From Polyangiaceae bacterium (GTDB taxonomy: Bacteria; Myxococcota_A; Polyangia; Polyangiales; Polyangiaceae): a stretch of DNA of 32,000 nucleotides. The stretch covers positions 194,175 to 226,174 of the forward strand of contig JBNKYC010000014.1 in the NCBI GenBank assembly GCA_050300635.1, written 5' to 3'. The notes below the pieces were generated by a model. It saw only the letters and a program-made list of their open reading frames with translations, was not told the DNA's origin and did not search any database. Of the stretch, positions 29,623 through 32,000 are shown in pieces; the stretch's first letter is position 1; every line of letters begins with the position of its first letter. Position numbers and translations under genes: made by a program.

Positions 29623-32000
29623 TGAAGCCCTGGTCAAAGCTACTGAGCACCGCGCTTGCTGCATCACTCCTTCTTGCTTGCAGCGACAAGGGGGGGGACT
29701 CCCCCGACGGGAGCGAGAAGGATCCCCGTTCCGGCGACGAGAAGGATCCCCGTTCTAGCGACGAGGGAGATCCCCAACCTGACGAAGGTGGAGAACTCCG
29801 TGGGACATCGAGCTGCGAAGAGAACCCCACGGAAACGGCCGGGGGGGCCTGTGTCGCTACTGATGATTGCCCTTGCGGTACCCACTGCAGTTATGGTCAT
29901 TGTGCGGTCACTTGCCTCGATTCCACGGACTGTGACGGCGAGCAGAGCTGCAACCGATTCGGCTACTGTTCTCCTACTGAGTCGGGCGGTGACCTCGACG
30001 ACGCTAAAGAGACGTCTTCAGGTGGTGTTGATGCGTCCGAGGGGGATATTCCTCCTCTAGTTGAGGCGACAGATGACAGAATTCGCCTGGCTCCAGCGGC
30101 CTCGACACTGGGTTTCTCCGGCTCGTCGAGATTCGTCCTCACGGTCGAGGCGCCGACTCAGGTGCGAGTCGAGGTGAGTCGGCCCTTCGTGGTGCGCTGT
30201 CGCCCCGACGACGTCTATGCCCCGCGTTGTGCGGTGCGCGCCGATGAACTTACAAATCTCACGGCGTCTGTTGATGTTCGACTGGGCGATGAGGCCGAGT
30301 CGGGGAACATTGCCGGAGAGCTGATTGTCTTTACGAAAAACCGGCGCGCGACAAGCTCTCTGGAAGCGAGGAGTTGGCCGAAGCGTCAGGCGAAAGTGGT
30401 CGCTGGATTGTACAAGGGGCGTTTCAATGTCGAGGCGATGGGAAGACCAGAGACCCCCACTCGCGCACTTAACATCAGCCCCTACGTGGAGCTTGAAGTC
30501 TTCGAGACCGGGGAAGTGCGCCTGCGGAACCCTTCAGCCGCTCTTGGTTTTGCCGAAGGCGGCGAGTTAGTCGGGACGATTGAAGGAAGTGCAGAGGAGG
30601 GCTTCGTTCTTGATCTGATGTCCACACATCTGCTCGGGAGAGACCGCCTTTTGAACGAAGCAGAAGTCGTGATCGACTTTCCACCCACTCCACTTTCAGT
30701 CGGGGGCGGTTACCTCAGTGCTCAGATGCAAGCGCAGTATCTAGGCATTTCTGCGCAGAGCGACCTGGAGCATGCGCCCGGAATCTACGGGACCTTGAGC
30801 GTCAGCCGCCATGCCGCTCTGCCCCCCGACGCTACACCACCGGTGTTTGAAGAGTCGTACCTGTCACTGAACCCGCTGGAGCGATCCAAATCACGCACCA
30901 ACGTCGAAAAGGCACTCGACCTTCAGGGACGCTGCCTTCAGGGTCCAGAGATCTGCGCCCAGCACATCATCTGTCGCCAGGAGGACGCGCCGCTCAGTCT
31001 CGGGGAAGAGGACACCCCCTACCTGCTCACCACCGAGACGGATGGCCCTCACGGCGAGTTGCTCTGTACGACGGGGCGCCAGCAGGCCTTTCCGCTCTTC
31101 GCTCCAGAACCAGGGGAGCCGCCCCAAAAACTCGCCGCGACCATGGAGGCATGCGTTCGCGACCTACAGGACTTCTCGGACGAAAGCCTCGATGATTCGG
31201 TCGTTTCGGAGGACGAACTGGATAGCTTCCTCAGCAATAACGGATGTGTCTCTATCTACCGATTTTGGGCAGCTCTCGGCGCGCTTCAGGGGCAAACGCA
31301 GGCTGGGGGAAACACCTTTCCACTCACGAATCGTCTATGGAGCCAGTGGTTTCAAACGCTCACCTTCTTGGTCAACAGTCGCAGCGAGATTTCCCGGGCG
31401 GCGGACGTGGCGGAAGGCGGTGAAGTTGACGAGCCCAACCTCACCCTTGCCGAAACGGTCGATCTGACGCTTTCGGCAGCCGAGATGGTTCTACACCCTC
31501 GACTCAATCGCACACTGATCGAGCAAGGTGGGTCCAGCTTGGCTGCGACTGACTACCGGGTCGCCCTTGGAGCGGATGCGCCAGACGTCCCAGAGCTTTA
31601 CCGGCAACCGGTCTTTGCTCGAATGCTCGATCTGCTGAGTGCCCAGGCAAGAGCAATAGCGCGTGGAGGAAACAAGCTCTGTGGTGGTACCTCGGTGCAG
31701 GACCAGGAAGAGGTAGTTTCGCGCGGGGATCGTTTCTTGGCGCGGGCCGCCCCCATTCTTGCCACGACCGAGCTCCTCAAGACCCGAGCCATGGCGGTAG
31801 ATCCTTCCGGCGTGTGGGTCAACGCGTGGGAACGCTCGGTATCACTGCATGTCGCCGCTCGTAACGAACTATCGGAAGTGCTGGAAGCATGTCGCGAGAA
31901 CCGCAATCCTATCGGCATTTCGGACGCAGATTTGCCCTTGGTGTTTCGCAATCCTGAGGGTTCCTCCCAGCGATTTTCTGCGATATCTGACTTCCTCATC
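29622..32000 (+). CDS. Large lipoprotein (more than 793 aa), 3' end outside the window; absent from the supplied ORF track
   Basis: ATG at 29622, signal and lipobox MKPWSKLLSTALAASLLLACSD. I read frame 3 codon by codon to position 32000 and found no stop. Confidence 0.7.
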   Translation, partial: MKPWSKLLSTALAASLLLACSDKGGDSPDGSEKDPRSGDEKDPRSSDEGDPQPDEGGELRGTSSCEENPTETAGGACVATDDCPCGTHCSYGHCAVTCLDSTDCDGEQSCNRFGYCSPTESGGDLDDAKETSSGGVDASEGDIPPLVEATDDRIRLAPAASTLGFSGSSRFVLTVEAPTQVRVEVSRPFVVRCRPDDVYAPRCAVRADELTNLTASVDVRLGDEAESGNIAGELIVFTKNRRATSSLEARSWPKRQAKVVAGLYKGRFNVEAMGRPETPTRALNISPYVELEVFETGEVRLRNPSAALGFAEGGELVGTIEGSAEEGFVLDLMSTHLLGRDRLLNEAEVVIDFPPTPLSVGGGYLSAQMQAQYLGISAQSDLEHAPGIYGTLSVSRHAALPPDATPPVFEESYLSLNPLERSKSRTNVEKALDLQGRCLQGPEICAQHIICRQEDAPLSLGEEDTPYLLTTETDGPHGELLCTTGRQQAFPLFAPEPGEPPQKLAATMEACVRDLQDFSDESLDDSVVSEDELDSFLSNNGCVSIYRFWAALGALQGQTQAGGNTFPLTNRLWSQWFQTLTFLVNSRSEISRAADVAEGGEVDEPNLTLAETVDLTLSAAEMVLHPRLNRTLIEQGGSSLAATDYRVALGADAPDVPELYRQPVFARMLDLLSAQARAIARGGNKLCGGTSVQDQEEVVSRGDRFLARAAPILATTELLKTRAMAVDPSGVWVNAWERSVSLHVAARNELSEVLEACRENRNPIGISDADLPLVFRNPEGSSQRFSAISDFLI

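Overview
This is a GC-rich bacterial window; the sigma54 enhancer-binding protein, Hanks-type kinase and Cys-rich lipoproteins suggest a Myxococcota-like genome, which is an inference only. About 21 kb in the centre (roughly 2.1-22.9 kb) looks like an integrase-bearing accessory island devoted to tRNA supply and RNA repair. It contains three parts. (1) A minus-strand array of about 26 hand-folded tRNA genes plus several degenerate tRNA-like elements at 6.5-11.3 kb. I read 19 amino-acid specificities and found no tRNA-Ala. An HNH endonuclease gene sits inside the array. (2) Immediately upstream and codirectional lies rtcR, with a divergent sigma54 promoter, a 258-nt leader holding a tRNA-like element, then rtcB and rtcA. 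(3) Two duplicated HD-phosphohydrolase/TetR modules flank two RlaP-type (PF10127-like) nucleotidyltransferases, followed by a frameshifted and truncated ABC/AAA_13-like ATPase. A second sigma54-type promoter faces the tRNA array. A 16-bp AT-rich dyad lies upstream of both sigma54 promoters. The left flank carries a PH-domain gene fragment, an internally deleted IS91-like transposase, tRNA 3' fragment repeats and int/xis. The right flank carries a Ser/Thr kinase, secreted proteins and lipoproteins, a prs remnant, and a large lipoprotein ORF (29622 to beyond 32000) that is absent from the supplied ORF track. All RNA folds and motif calls were made by eye, with no covariance model or database search.
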